Positions 30,659-39,807 of a stretch of 64,000 nucleotides of DNA are shown here, piece after piece. Origin of the DNA: Candidatus Dormiibacterota bacterium. GTDB lineage: Bacteria > Chloroflexota > Dormibacteria > Aeolococcales > Aeolococcaceae. The notes under the pieces are model-generated. The model made no database searches, was not told the origin of the DNA, and worked only from the letters and a program-made list of their open reading frames with translations. The DNA lies in contig DAINCY010000003.1 in the NCBI GenBank assembly GCA_036732145.1, forward strand, positions 9,596 through 73,595, written 5' to 3'. Position numbers and translations under genes: made by a program. Position 1 is the stretch's first letter; each line of letters begins with the position of its first letter.

Positions 30659-31378
30659 TCAGCGGAGCGCCTGGTCCGCCGGGCCGGGGCGCATCAGGAC
30701 GATCGGGGTCTGCTCCTCGCCCTGGCCCAATGGGTTGTCGAGCACCGCCAGGCGCACATCAGCCAGGGGAACCGGCACGCCGCCACTGCCGCCGAGCACC
30801 TCGACGTTGACATTGTTGGCGTCGACGATCACCACCGGCCAGCCGGTTGCGTCCTCGATCGCCTGCGCGTCGCGTGGCGGGTCCTCAGGGCCGAGCATGG
30901 CGAACTCGTTGAAAGGTCGGACGGTGTGGGGGTTGAAGCCGTCGATCTCAGACACGCGATGGCCTGCCACGCGATAGAAATCGCCATGGCGGCCGAGCAG
31001 ACGGGTGACTCCGCCCACCACCATGGCAAAGGCCATGCGCGCCCATCCCGCGCGCATGATGGCGACCTGCATCTTGGCTGGATCGGAGAAGCCGACGTCA
31101 TCCTTGAGCTTGGTCACACCTTTGACCAGCAATCTGGCCAGCAGTCCGGGCCGCACCAGCGAGCGGTGGATGACGCGACCCTGCGTGATGGCCACGAATT
31201 TCTCAGACAGGACAAGGAAGTCGCCGGGCTGGAACACGGGGGCGACGTAGGTCTGCAGCACGTCGACGATGGGCTCCCTGACATGGACCAGGTGCGTGCG
31301 CACGGCGGCACGCTGGTAGGTCCGGCCGCGCACCACCTTCGCCTCCTGCCAGGCGACGGCCTGCGCCACCACGGTCAT
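30659..31378 (-). CDS. CofE-like (F420-0:gamma-glutamyl ligase fold) protein
   Basis: The ATG at 31378 overlaps the asnB stop (ATGA). PGDFLVLSEKFVAITQGR, IVDANN and LDNPLGQGEEQTPIVLMR resemble the CofE/FbiB N-domain family (from memory). Confidence 0.65.
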   Translation of the reverse strand: MTVVAQAVAWQEAKVVRGRTYQRAAVRTHLVHVREPIVDVLQTYVAPVFQPGDFLVLSEKFVAITQGRVIHRSLVRPGLLARLLVKGVTKLKDDVGFSDPAKMQVAIMRAGWARMAFAMVVGGVTRLLGRHGDFYRVAGHRVSEIDGFNPHTVRPFNEFAMLGPEDPPRDAQAIEDATGWPVVIVDANNVNVEVLGGSGGVPVPLADVRLAVLDNPLGQGEEQTPIVLMRPGPADQALR

Positions 31379-33210
31379 GCCGCCAGGGCCACCGGCTGAT
31401 CCATGTACCGCTGCATCCACAGCTCGGTCACCATGGTGCGCCAGAAGATCAGGGGATCTCCCGGTGCACCGGCGAGCCAGGCATCGAAGTCCTGGACCAG
31501 GCGATCGTTGTCGTAGAGGCCACGCTCACGGCACGTCGGCGAGTCGAAGATGGCTCGCATCCGTGCGGAGCGGCCGCGGATCCACGTGACCTCGGGATTG
31601 GTGAAGCCGATCTTGGTCCGGCGCAGGCGGTTCTTCTCGGGAATGCGTCCCCGCATGGCTCGCCGGTAGACGGCGCGGTTCCATCCGCCGTCGATCTTCT
31701 GGTCGATCGGCAGCTTGAAGATGAACTCCACCAACTCGTGGTCGAGGAAGGGCACGCGAGCCTCGATGGAGAAGGCCATCGCGTTCTTGTCCTCGTAGCG
31801 CAGCAGATTCGGCGTCGAGTACGCCAGCACATCGTTGGCGAGGCGTGCGTTGAGGTTGCGATCCGGAGTGAAGGTGACGCGGTCGAGGGTGCGGTCCTGG
31901 TCGGCAAGGAAGGGTCGCATGCTCAGCAGCCCTCCCTGGCCGGGAAGCCGGGAACGCAGCGCCTCACCGAAGAAGCCGCGGTAGAGGTCCAGCCCCTTGA
32001 ACAGTTCGCGAGAGGCGGCAAGCCAGTGATGCTGGTCGCGCGCCGAGCTCAGATAGGCTCGGAAATACGGGATATACCCAGCCAGCAGCTCGTCACCACC
32101 GTTTCCCGACAGCATCACCTTGACGTGCTCTTTGGCCACGCGATACACGCAGTAGTACGCGTAGGGCGCGGACGCGATGGTCGGCTCCTCCTGGAACCAG
32201 ATCCATTCCTGCATCTCGGTCCAGAACTCGTCGAGATCCGGATACGCGTAGTGAGAGACACTGCCGGTGCGCTCCTCGACCTCGTGGATGTACTCGCTCT
32301 CGTCGATCGTCTGGCCGGGAAACAGCGCCGAGAAGGTGTGCAGCCTGCCTTCTGTGTGCAGGTCGGTGCCCTGCTCCATGAGCTGAGCCATGGTGCAGAC
32401 CACACCGCTGGAGTCCAGCCCGCCGGAGAGCGGCACACCCACCGGCGCGTCGGAGATCAGGTGCCGCGCCACCACCTTGTCGAACAGCGCAGCGAATTCG
32501 GCGGCGTACTCGTCGTCACTGCGGTTCCCCGAGAACTCCAGGTTCACCTCGGGGTTCCAGTAGCGCCTGATGGTGCGGATCCCCTCGGGGCCGACCGTCA
32601 TCGTGTGGGCCGGCCGCAGGCGCTTGATGCCCGCGAAGAAGGTGTCCTCGGTGGCATCGTGGACGCGGAACAGGAGAAACCGCTGCAGGACGGCCAGGTC
32701 TTCGCGGCGCGGAACGGCCGGATCCTGCAGGATCGCCTTGATCTCCGATGCAAAGATGATCCGGCTCCCCTGCTGCGCGTAGTACAGCGGCTTGATGCCG
32801 AGGCGATCGCGCGCCAGGAAGAGCTCGCCGCGGGTGGAATCCCACAGCGCAAAGGCGAACATTCCGGTGAGGTGGGTGACCACGTCCTGTCCCCATTCCT
32901 CATATCCCCGCAGGATCACCTCGGTGTCGGAGTGGTCGGTGGCGAAGCGATGTCCCATCCGTTCGAGCTCCGCCCGCAGCTCCCCCGCGTTGTAGATCTC
33001 GCCGTTGCAGATCAACGCGAGACGATGGTCGTCGGTGTAGAGCGGCTGATTGCCGCCGTCGATGTCGACGATGGCGAGGCGTCGCATCCCCATGGAGAAG
33101 TGTTCGTTCACCTCGATGCCGAAGCCATCCGGACCACGATGGACCATGGAGTCGAGCATCCGACCCATCAGTTGCTGATCGACTCCGGTGAAACCGGCGA
33201 TGCCACACAT
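31375..33210 (-). CDS. asnB: Asparagine synthase (glutamine-hydrolysing) family amidotransferase
   Basis: 611 aa. The N-terminus is MCGIAGF (Ntn Cys). The PP-loop SGGLDSS is present. Confidence 0.9.
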   Translation of the reverse strand: MCGIAGFTGVDQQLMGRMLDSMVHRGPDGFGIEVNEHFSMGMRRLAIVDIDGGNQPLYTDDHRLALICNGEIYNAGELRAELERMGHRFATDHSDTEVILRGYEEWGQDVVTHLTGMFAFALWDSTRGELFLARDRLGIKPLYYAQQGSRIIFASEIKAILQDPAVPRREDLAVLQRFLLFRVHDATEDTFFAGIKRLRPAHTMTVGPEGIRTIRRYWNPEVNLEFSGNRSDDEYAAEFAALFDKVVARHLISDAPVGVPLSGGLDSSGVVCTMAQLMEQGTDLHTEGRLHTFSALFPGQTIDESEYIHEVEERTGSVSHYAYPDLDEFWTEMQEWIWFQEEPTIASAPYAYYCVYRVAKEHVKVMLSGNGGDELLAGYIPYFRAYLSSARDQHHWLAASRELFKGLDLYRGFFGEALRSRLPGQGGLLSMRPFLADQDRTLDRVTFTPDRNLNARLANDVLAYSTPNLLRYEDKNAMAFSIEARVPFLDHELVEFIFKLPIDQKIDGGWNRAVYRRAMRGRIPEKNRLRRTKIGFTNPEVTWIRGRSARMRAIFDSPTCRERGLYDNDRLVQDFDAWLAGAPGDPLIFWRTMVTELWMQRYMDQPVALAA

Positions 33211-33268
33211 GCGCTGGTCAGTCTATGCGGGCCAGACGGGTTTCGCGGCCGGTCCGGGTTGTGCCGCC

Positions 33269-34966
33269 TCAGAAGTCGAGGTCGTCCCCCATGCCCATGC
33301 CGCCACCCATGCCGCCCATGCCGCCCATGCCATCCATCCCACCCATTCCGCCGCCGTGGGCGTGGCCGTGACCGCCGGCCTCGTCATCCTCGGGCTCGGG
33401 CGCATCGGCGATCAGCGCCTCGGTTGTCAGCACCATGGTGGCGATCGAGGTGGCGTGGGCGAGCGCGCTGACCACCACCTTGGTGGGGTCGATGACTCCG
33501 CGCTCGACGAGGTTCGCGTAGTCTCCGGTGCGGGCGTCGAAGCCCTCGTCACCGGTGAGCTCACCAACGTGCTGGGCCACCGTGGGGCCGTCGAAGCCGC
33601 CGTTCTCCGCGATGATCCGCAGCGGCTCCTGGAGTGCTCTGCGCACGATCCGGGCCCCGGTCGCGGCATCGTCGTGCAGTGAGAGTCCGTCGATGACGTG
33701 CGCAGCGCGCAGAAGCGCGACTCCGCCGCCCACCACATAGCCGTCTTCGAGCGCGGCGCGGACCGCGGCAAGAGCGTCCTCGACGCGGGACTTGCGCTCC
33801 TTCATCTCCACCTCGGTGGCGGCGCCGACCTTGACCACGGCGATGCCGCCGACGAGGCGGGCGAGCCGCTCCTGCAGCTTCTCGCGATCCCACTCCGACT
33901 CGGTCTCTTCGATCTCGCGGCGGAGGTCCGCGGCGCGCGCGTCGAGCGCGGCCCGGTCGCCACCTCCCTTGAGCAGAGTGGTGTCCTCCTTGGTGATGAC
34001 AGCACGCTCGACGCTGCCCAGCTGGTCGAGCCGCACGCCATCCAATCGCAGGCCGATCTTCTCGCTGATCACCGTGGCGCCGGTGAGAACGGCGATGTCG
34101 GCGAGGATGGCGGTGCGACGATCGCCGAAGGCCGGCGCCTTGACGGCGACGGCCGTGAAGGAGCCGCGCAGGCGGTTGACCACCAGCGTCGCCAGCGCCT
34201 CGGCCTGCACATCCTCGGCGAGGATGAGCAAGGGGCGGCTCGACTGCACGACCAGCTCGAGGACGGGTAGCAGATCGGCCACCGCGGTGATCTTGGCATC
34301 CGTGACAAGAACCGCCGCGTTCTCCAGCACCGCCTCCATGGTTTTCTGATCGGTGACCAGGTACGGGGACACGTAGCCGCGGTCGAACTGCATGCCTTCG
34401 ACGACCTCAACCTCGGTGTCGATGCCATTGCCTTCCTCGACGGTGACGACCCCCTCGCGGCCCACGCGCTCGAAGGCCTCGGCGACCATGGTGCCGATCA
34501 CCTCGTCACCCGAGCTGATGGTGGCGACGCGTTCGAGGTCCTCATTGCCGGCCACGGGGTGCGACTGGCTGCGCACCGCCGCAGCGACCGCCTCGGCGGC
34601 CGCGAGCATGCCGCGGCGCAGCTCGGTCGGGGACGCCCCGGCTGCGAGGTTGCGCAATCCCTCGTTGATGAGCGCGCGGCCGAGCACGGTGGCCGTGGTG
34701 GTGCCATCACCGGCGATGTCATTGGTCTTGACCGCGATCTCTTTGAGCAGCTGTGCGCCCATGTTCTCGAAGGGATCCTTGAAGTCCAGGTCACGCGCGA
34801 TGGTGACTCCGTCGTTGATGATCAGCGGGGCCCCGAACCGCTTGTCGATGACCACGTTGCGACCCCGGGGGCCGAGCGTGACCGATACCGCGTTGGCCAC
34901 TGAATCGACACCACGATGAAGCGCTTCACGCGCCTCGTTGCTGTAACGCAGGTGCTTGGCAGTCAT
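33269..34966 (-). CDS. groEL: Chaperonin GroEL
   Basis: 565 aa. [11 protein letters not shown] is present. The C-terminus is a GGM-type tail ([22 protein letters not shown]). Confidence 0.98.
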   Translation of the reverse strand: MTAKHLRYSNEAREALHRGVDSVANAVSVTLGPRGRNVVIDKRFGAPLIINDGVTIARDLDFKDPFENMGAQLLKEIAVKTNDIAGDGTTTATVLGRALINEGLRNLAAGASPTELRRGMLAAAEAVAAAVRSQSHPVAGNEDLERVATISSGDEVIGTMVAEAFERVGREGVVTVEEGNGIDTEVEVVEGMQFDRGYVSPYLVTDQKTMEAVLENAAVLVTDAKITAVADLLPVLELVVQSSRPLLILAEDVQAEALATLVVNRLRGSFTAVAVKAPAFGDRRTAILADIAVLTGATVISEKIGLRLDGVRLDQLGSVERAVITKEDTTLLKGGGDRAALDARAADLRREIEETESEWDREKLQERLARLVGGIAVVKVGAATEVEMKERKSRVEDALAAVRAALEDGYVVGGGVALLRAAHVIDGLSLHDDAATGARIVRRALQEPLRIIAENGGFDGPTVAQHVGELTGDEGFDARTGDYANLVERGVIDPTKVVVSALAHATSIATMVLTTEALIADAPEPEDDEAGGHGHAHGGGMGGMDGMGGMGGMGGGMGMGDDLDF

Positions 34967-35042
34967 GAGAGTTCAGGTCCTCCGGTGCAACGGCAGAGGA
35001 GCGCGCCATCGCGGTGGTGCGTCGCGGCGCGTCCTTGCTGGA

Positions 35043-35354
35043 TCAGTTGGAGCCGTTGCTGCCGACGACGGCGAGAATGTCCTTCTCACTGAGGATCAGG
35101 TACTCGACCTCGTCGATCTTGACCTCGCTGCCGGCGTACTTGGCATACATCACGCGATCACCGACCTTGACGTCGAGCTCGACGCGTTTGCCCGACTGCT
35201 CGTTGTAACGACCGCTACCGACCGCCTCGATGGTGCCTTCCTGAGGCTTCTCCTTGGCGGTGTCTGGGAGGACGATGCCGCTCTTGGTCATCTCCTCGCG
35301 CTCGAGGGGCTTGACGACGACGCGATCTGCCAGGGGGCGAAGCTTCAGGGCCAC
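35043..35354 (-). CDS. groES: Co-chaperonin GroES
   Basis: GTG at 35354 is preceded by GGAGG with a 5-nt spacer. The product is [40 protein letters not shown]... Confidence 0.95.
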   Translation of the reverse strand: MALKLRPLADRVVVKPLEREEMTKSGIVLPDTAKEKPQEGTIEAVGSGRYNEQSGKRVELDVKVGDRVMYAKYAGSEVKIDEVEYLILSEKDILAVVGSNGSN

Positions 35355-35380
35355 AGGGACCTCCCTTCTCGTGGAAGTGG

Positions 35381-35407
35381 TTAGCACTCTCGTCTTGAGA
35401 CTGCTAA
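35381..35407 (-). promoter_or_regulatory. CIRCE (HrcA operator) upstream of groES
   Basis: TTAGCACTC-N9-GACTGCTAA compared with consensus TTAGCACTC-N9-GAGTGCTAA (one mismatch). It lies 27 nt upstream of the groES start. Confidence 0.8.
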
Positions 35408-35459
35408 CACTGTACCCCAGCGAGTGCCAGGCTGGCAACTCTGACGGCCCCTGCGGCCG

Positions 35460-36299
35460 TCAGGCCCCGACTGACTTGAGGACGAGATCGGTTCCGTAGC
35501 CGGCGAGGAAGCCGCAGAGCAGGCCGAGCATGCCCATCTGATGGCTGCCGATCTTGCGGTTGACGTGTTGCAGCTCGCCGATGACGTACACGATCGCCCC
35601 ACCGGCCAGGCCAAGGAAGAGCACCGACACCGCCGCGCTGGCGAGTGTGGACCCGCCAAGGTGCGTCACGCCGTAGCCGATCACCGTGCCCACCAAGGTG
35701 GGCCCGCCGCCCACAGCCCCGAGGAGCGCGAGGAACCGCCAGCTGGGACGCCGCCCGATCAGCGGGCCGCTGATGCCAAATCCCTCGGTGATGTTGTGCA
35801 GGCCGAAGCCGCTCACAAGCACCAGGAAGAACCGGTACGCCCCCGAAGCCGCGGATTGGCCGATGGCCAGACCCTCAGAGAAGTTGTGCAGGCCGATGCC
35901 GATGGCGATGAACAGCGCGGTGCGAAGAGGCGCCGCCATCGGTGCTCGCGCCGGCGCCTCCACGGCGGTCACGGACATGGCGCCGGGGCCTGCGGGCAGC
36001 GGGCGTCGCCGCGAGATGCGCTCGAAGGCCACCAGGATGAAGATGCCGGCGGCCAGCCCGGCGGCGAGGAGGAGGCCAAGGGAGGCCCCCTCACCCGACG
36101 AGCGGCTCATGTGGCTCTCCACCGTCTCGCTGGCGTTGCGAATGACGTCGTAGAAGATGAACAGCAGAACGCCGACAGACGCCGATGTGAGGAAGGCCAT
36201 GATGCGCGGCCCTGGACGTCCCCAGCGGGCGATGGGCAGGCCCAACAGGATGGTCAGGCCGGAGACTGCGCCGAGGAAGGCGGTTCCTGCGAAGCTCAT
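35460..36299 (-). CDS. ZIP-family divalent metal transporter (ZupT-like)
   Basis: 279 aa, polytopic. Paired motifs GLHNFSEGLAIG and GLHNITEGFGI are present. Confidence 0.85.
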   Translation of the reverse strand: MSFAGTAFLGAVSGLTILLGLPIARWGRPGPRIMAFLTSASVGVLLFIFYDVIRNASETVESHMSRSSGEGASLGLLLAAGLAAGIFILVAFERISRRRPLPAGPGAMSVTAVEAPARAPMAAPLRTALFIAIGIGLHNFSEGLAIGQSAASGAYRFFLVLVSGFGLHNITEGFGISGPLIGRRPSWRFLALLGAVGGGPTLVGTVIGYGVTHLGGSTLASAAVSVLFLGLAGGAIVYVIGELQHVNRKIGSHQMGMLGLLCGFLAGYGTDLVLKSVGA

Positions 36300-36303
36300 G
36301 ACC

Positions 36304-36322
36304 TTAGATTAGCCTAACCTAA
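36304..36322 (-). promoter_or_regulatory. DtxR/IdeR-type operator (iron box) directly upstream of the ZIP transporter start
   Basis: The + strand reads TTAGATTAGCCTAACCTAA. The DtxR consensus is TTAGGTTAGCCTAACCTAA, giving 18/19. It ends 5 nt from the ZIP ATG and 11 nt after the dtxR-family stop. Confidence 0.7.
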
Positions 36323-36332
36323 CCGCGACCAA

Positions 36333-37019
36333 TCAATCCGGCGCGGACTCCACCCAGACGGCGGCCGCCACTGTGTCACTGAGAACCACCGGATGCCCCT
36401 CGACGATGAGACGAAGCTGGTGGTCACCCCGCTCCACGAGCAGGATCCTGGCGTCGGGGACCAAACCCCCGTCGTGAAGCACGGCCAGGAGGTGCGGAGC
36501 GTCGTGCTCGGCGACCTCCGAAATCCGGAACACCCTCGATTCCACCCCTGTGGGAAGGTGCACAAGACGCTGCATGGGGCGCCCGGCGGGTGCTCGCCGC
36601 CCCGGGATGACGTTCCCGTGCGGGCACGTGGACGGCCGTCCGAGGTGCTCGTCGAGCCGCTCCAGGACCACCTCCGAGACGCCGTGCGAGAGGGCCGCCG
36701 CCTCGAGGTCGGCGGCCGCCCAGTCCAGCCCCAGGACGTCGGTGAGCCAGCGCTCGATGAGGCGGTGGCGGCGCACCACCGTCTCGGCGGCCACCAGGCC
36801 GGCGTCGGTGAGATGGACACTGCGGTCCTCCGCAACGGTGACCCAGCCGCCGCGCGCCAATCGCTGCAGGCTGACGGTCACCGTCGGCGCGCTCACCCCC
36901 AACCATTCGGCGATCCGCCCGGGCCGCGGGACATCCCCCTCGTGCGCGATGTAGTAGATGGTCTCGAGGTAGCGATCGGCGACCTCCGACCGCGCGCTCT
37001 TCGGGGGGGCGGTGCTCAC
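36333..37019 (-). CDS. DtxR/IdeR/MntR-family metal-dependent transcriptional regulator
   Basis: 228 aa. It has an N-terminal wHTH (YLETIYYIAHEG...RIAEWLGVSAPTVTVSLQRLARGG), a metal-site region (RRHRLIERWL...E...H) and an SH3-like C-domain. Confidence 0.9.
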   Translation of the reverse strand: MSTAPPKSARSEVADRYLETIYYIAHEGDVPRPGRIAEWLGVSAPTVTVSLQRLARGGWVTVAEDRSVHLTDAGLVAAETVVRRHRLIERWLTDVLGLDWAAADLEAAALSHGVSEVVLERLDEHLGRPSTCPHGNVIPGRRAPAGRPMQRLVHLPTGVESRVFRISEVAEHDAPHLLAVLHDGGLVPDARILLVERGDHQLRLIVEGHPVVLSDTVAAAVWVESAPD

Positions 37020-37053
37020 ACCGCGATGGTAGCCCGCTGCCGGAGCCGGCTCC

Positions 37054-38070
37054 TCAGGCGTACTCGTCGAGGACGGGGTCGACCGAGATGCCCAACTCGT
37101 CGGGTCCGTGGACCTGGAGGCGGTGCCAGCCGGCGGCGCCGATCATGGCTGCGTTGTCCGTGCACAAGGACAGTGGCGGGATGCTCACGTCGAGGCCGGC
37201 GAACTGACTCCGCACCGCCTGGCGCAGCGCCTGGTTGGCGGCCACGCCGCCCACCACCGCGATCTGCTCAGCACCGCGGCGGTCGGCGATTGTGGTCAGG
37301 ACATGCAGCAACTGTTCGACCACGGCGGCCTGAAACGAGGCGGCGAGGTCGGCCACCACGGCCCGGTCACGCGGGCTGCCGCCATCGCTCAACTGATCCG
37401 CGCCGAGGTCGCGGATGGTGTATCGGAGCGCCGTCTTGAGCCCGCTGAACGAGAGGGCGTCGTCGAGCCGGGTGCGCGGCAGGGGAAATCTCGCAGGGTC
37501 ACCGCCGAGCGCCGCGCTCTCCACCGCCGGCCCTCCCGGGTAGCCGAGACCGAGCAGCCGAGCCGCCTTGTCGAACGCCTCGCCCGCCGCGTCGTCGCGC
37601 GTCGAGGCCAGTCGGCGCGCGTCGCCATGGCCGCGCAGCTCCACGACGTCGCTGTGGCCGCCACTCACCACCAGCGCCAGGTAGGGCGGTTCCAGCGTGA
37701 CATCGCTGATCCAGGCGCTGTACACGTGGCCGGCCATGTGCGACACCCCCACCATCGGCAACCCGCGTGCCACAGCGGCGGATTCTGCGTACAGCACCCC
37801 CACGAGCAGGCATCCGGCCAGCCCTGGGCCGCGCGTCACCGCCACCGCGTCGATGCCGTCCCAGCCGCCGGGCAGCGCGCTCAGCGCCTCCTCCACCACA
37901 GGACCGATGACCTCGAGGTGTGCGCGAGCGGCCAGGTCGGGGACCACCCCGCCGTGCGCCGCGTGGAGCTCGATCTGCGAGGACACGACGCTGCTGATCA
38001 CCTCCCTGCCCTCACGCACCACAGCTGCCGCCGTCTCGTCGCACGAGGTCTCCACAGCCAGCAGGTTCAG
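37054..38070 (-). CDS. tsaD: tRNA N6-threonylcarbamoyladenosine synthase TsaD; probable CTG start
   Basis: ORF 37054..38178. The universal N-terminus (x)NLLAVETSCDETAAAV begins at a CTG at 38070 that overlaps the rimI stop (CTGA), with GGAG 8 nt upstream. The only canonical upstream start (GTG 38178) would overlap rimI by 112 nt. Confidence 0.85.
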   Translation of the reverse strand: MNLLAVETSCDETAAAVVREGREVISSVVSSQIELHAAHGGVVPDLAARAHLEVIGPVVEEALSALPGGWDGIDAVAVTRGPGLAGCLLVGVLYAESAAVARGLPMVGVSHMAGHVYSAWISDVTLEPPYLALVVSGGHSDVVELRGHGDARRLASTRDDAAGEAFDKAARLLGLGYPGGPAVESAALGGDPARFPLPRTRLDDALSFSGLKTALRYTIRDLGADQLSDGGSPRDRAVVADLAASFQAAVVEQLLHVLTTIADRRGAEQIAVVGGVAANQALRQAVRSQFAGLDVSIPPLSLCTDNAAMIGAAGWHRLQVHGPDELGISVDPVLDEYA

Positions 38071-38627
38071 AGCGGGTACTCCGGCGAGGGTGGGCTGCCG
38101 ATGCCCGCGACGGCGATGCCCGCGAAGATGCCGAGAAAGCGCCGCTTGAACGCGGGCGCGTGGATGCTGTCGCTCCACATGATCACCGCGTCCTCACCGT
38201 TGTCGGTGTAGTACCCCCGTCGCCGTCCGATCGACTTGAACCCGAACCACTCGTAGAGGTGAATGGCGTGGTCGTTGCCGGCGCGCACCTCGAGCGTCAT
38301 CCAACGAGCGCCCAGGTCGTAGCTGCGCTGGATGAGGGCGGCGAAGAGTGTCCTGCCGTAACCCTTGCCCTGGTCCTGGCCACGCACGCCGATGGTGGTG
38401 ACGTGGGCCTCGTGCACCACTTTCCACAGCCCCGCGTAGCCAACCAGCTCGCCGTCTTCGCGCAGGACGATGTAGGAAGCCTGCCGGTTCTGGGCCAGCT
38501 CGGTCGCGTAGGCGTTGCGCGGCCACGGCGACAGGAAGATCTCCCGCTCGATGACCTGGACGGCGGGGATGTCCTCTGAGCGCATTCGCTCGATGGCGAC
38601 GCGCGGAATGGTCTTCATGACACTCAC
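38067..38627 (-). CDS. rimI: Ribosomal-protein-alanine N-acetyltransferase (GNAT)
   Basis: 186 aa. The GNAT core is VRGQDQGKGYGRTLFAALI. Position between tsaB and tsaD is conserved. Confidence 0.85.
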   Translation of the reverse strand: MSVMKTIPRVAIERMRSEDIPAVQVIEREIFLSPWPRNAYATELAQNRQASYIVLREDGELVGYAGLWKVVHEAHVTTIGVRGQDQGKGYGRTLFAALIQRSYDLGARWMTLEVRAGNDHAIHLYEWFGFKSIGRRRGYYTDNGEDAVIMWSDSIHAPAFKRRFLGIFAGIAVAGIGSPPSPEYPL

Positions 38628-38683
38628 TGCGGACGGCTGATGACTGGCCGGAGTTTAACAGGGCCTCGGGCCGTGTCCTCTCG

Positions 38684-39319
38684 TCAACGAGCCGTCCCCG
38701 ACGGATCGAGGCCAGGTCCCGCGGGCCGGCGGCCGGCGGCGTCGGCGTGGATGGCGCTCAGGCCGGCGGCCACAAGCGGAGGCGCTGCCAGAGCGCGTGG
38801 GATGGCGGCGGCGAGGGCCTCCACCGGATCGAGCAGTTCGGTGACCAGCCCGGGGATGACGGCGGTCGCGAACAGCCGCAGCCGGCGATCCACATCCCCC
38901 GCCTCCATCCGCACCACCGGCGAGACCTGCTCGATGGCGGCGTCCCGGCGTTCGAAGTGGGCGACGTAGACGCCGCCCCGGCCGGCGTCGGCGACAGCCC
39001 TGAACGGCCGGCCGCCGGCCACCTGGGCGGCAGCTGCGACGGCGGCGAGGTTGCCAAGCCCGTGAAGCGGAATCCGGCGGGCGTCGGCGAGCCCGAGCGC
39101 CGCGGCCATGCCCGCGCGCACCCCGCTGTACGAGCCCGGGCCGGACAGCACGACCACCGCCGTCACGTCGCCGGTGAGAACGCCGGCAAGAGCTCCGGGG
39201 AGCCGGCGATCCAGCTCACCGCCGGGCACCTCACACCGCTCCAGCACAGTGCCATCCGCAGCGGTGCGCAGCACCCACGCCGAGGTGCGCGACGCGGTGT
39301 CGATGGCGATGACGCTCAC
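38684..39319 (-). CDS. tsaB: tRNA t6A biosynthesis protein TsaB
   Basis: The GTG at 39319 overlaps the tsaE stop (GTGA). VSVIAIDTASRTSAWVL... and GPGSYSGVRAG are present. Confidence 0.85.
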   Translation of the reverse strand: MSVIAIDTASRTSAWVLRTAADGTVLERCEVPGGELDRRLPGALAGVLTGDVTAVVVLSGPGSYSGVRAGMAAALGLADARRIPLHGLGNLAAVAAAAQVAGGRPFRAVADAGRGGVYVAHFERRDAAIEQVSPVVRMEAGDVDRRLRLFATAVIPGLVTELLDPVEALAAAIPRALAAPPLVAAGLSAIHADAAGRRPAGPGLDPSGTAR

Positions 39320-39807
39320 CGTGCCGCGACCCGCTCCTGAAGCGTCGTCCATGCCCCGCTGACGTGGGCGGGCGCGGGGGTTGCAAGGCGCAGGACGCGG
39401 TGATCGTCGCGGCCCTCACCGCCCGAGATCGACACCGTGCAAGGCCGGAGATGGCCGAGGTCGGCGTAGCCACCCCACTCGATGACGGCCGCCCCGTCGA
39501 GGAGCAGGGTGTCGAGATCGAGCACCTCGACGGATGCGCCCGGTCCAAGGCGGTAGAGGTCGAGATGGTGCACGGTGACGAGCCCGCCGCGATGCGGTTG
39601 ATGAAGGACGAACGTCGGGCTGCGCACCGCCGCGGCGTCCCCCCCGGCGCCGGCGACGATGCCTCGCACCAGACACGTCTTGCCCGCGCCGAGCGGCCCC
39701 TCGAGCACCAGCACGTCCCCGCGCCGAAGCACGCCACCGAGCGCAGCGCCGTATTCCTCTGTCGTGGCCGGTGAATCGCTGTGCAACACCAAGGCCTTTG
39801 GGCTCAC
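39316..39807 (-). CDS. tsaE: tRNA t6A biosynthesis ATPase TsaE
   Basis: The GTG at 39807 overlaps the thiL stop (GTGA). Walker A is GPLGAGKT, with SPTFVL...HLDLYRL. Confidence 0.85.
   Translation of the reverse strand: MSPKALVLHSDSPATTEEYGAALGGVLRRGDVLVLEGPLGAGKTCLVRGIVAGAGGDAAAVRSPTFVLHQPHRGGLVTVHHLDLYRLGPGASVEVLDLDTLLLDGAAVIEWGGYADLGHLRPCTVSISGGEGRDDHRVLRLATPAPAHVSGAWTTLQERVAAR

Noticed and set aside
33290-33350. Short tandem repeats as a possible CRISPR or minisatellite (also 46023..46070)
   Set aside because: They are in-frame coding repeats, namely the GGM tail of GroEL and the Pro-Thr tail of CdaR. There are no spacers and no cas genes.
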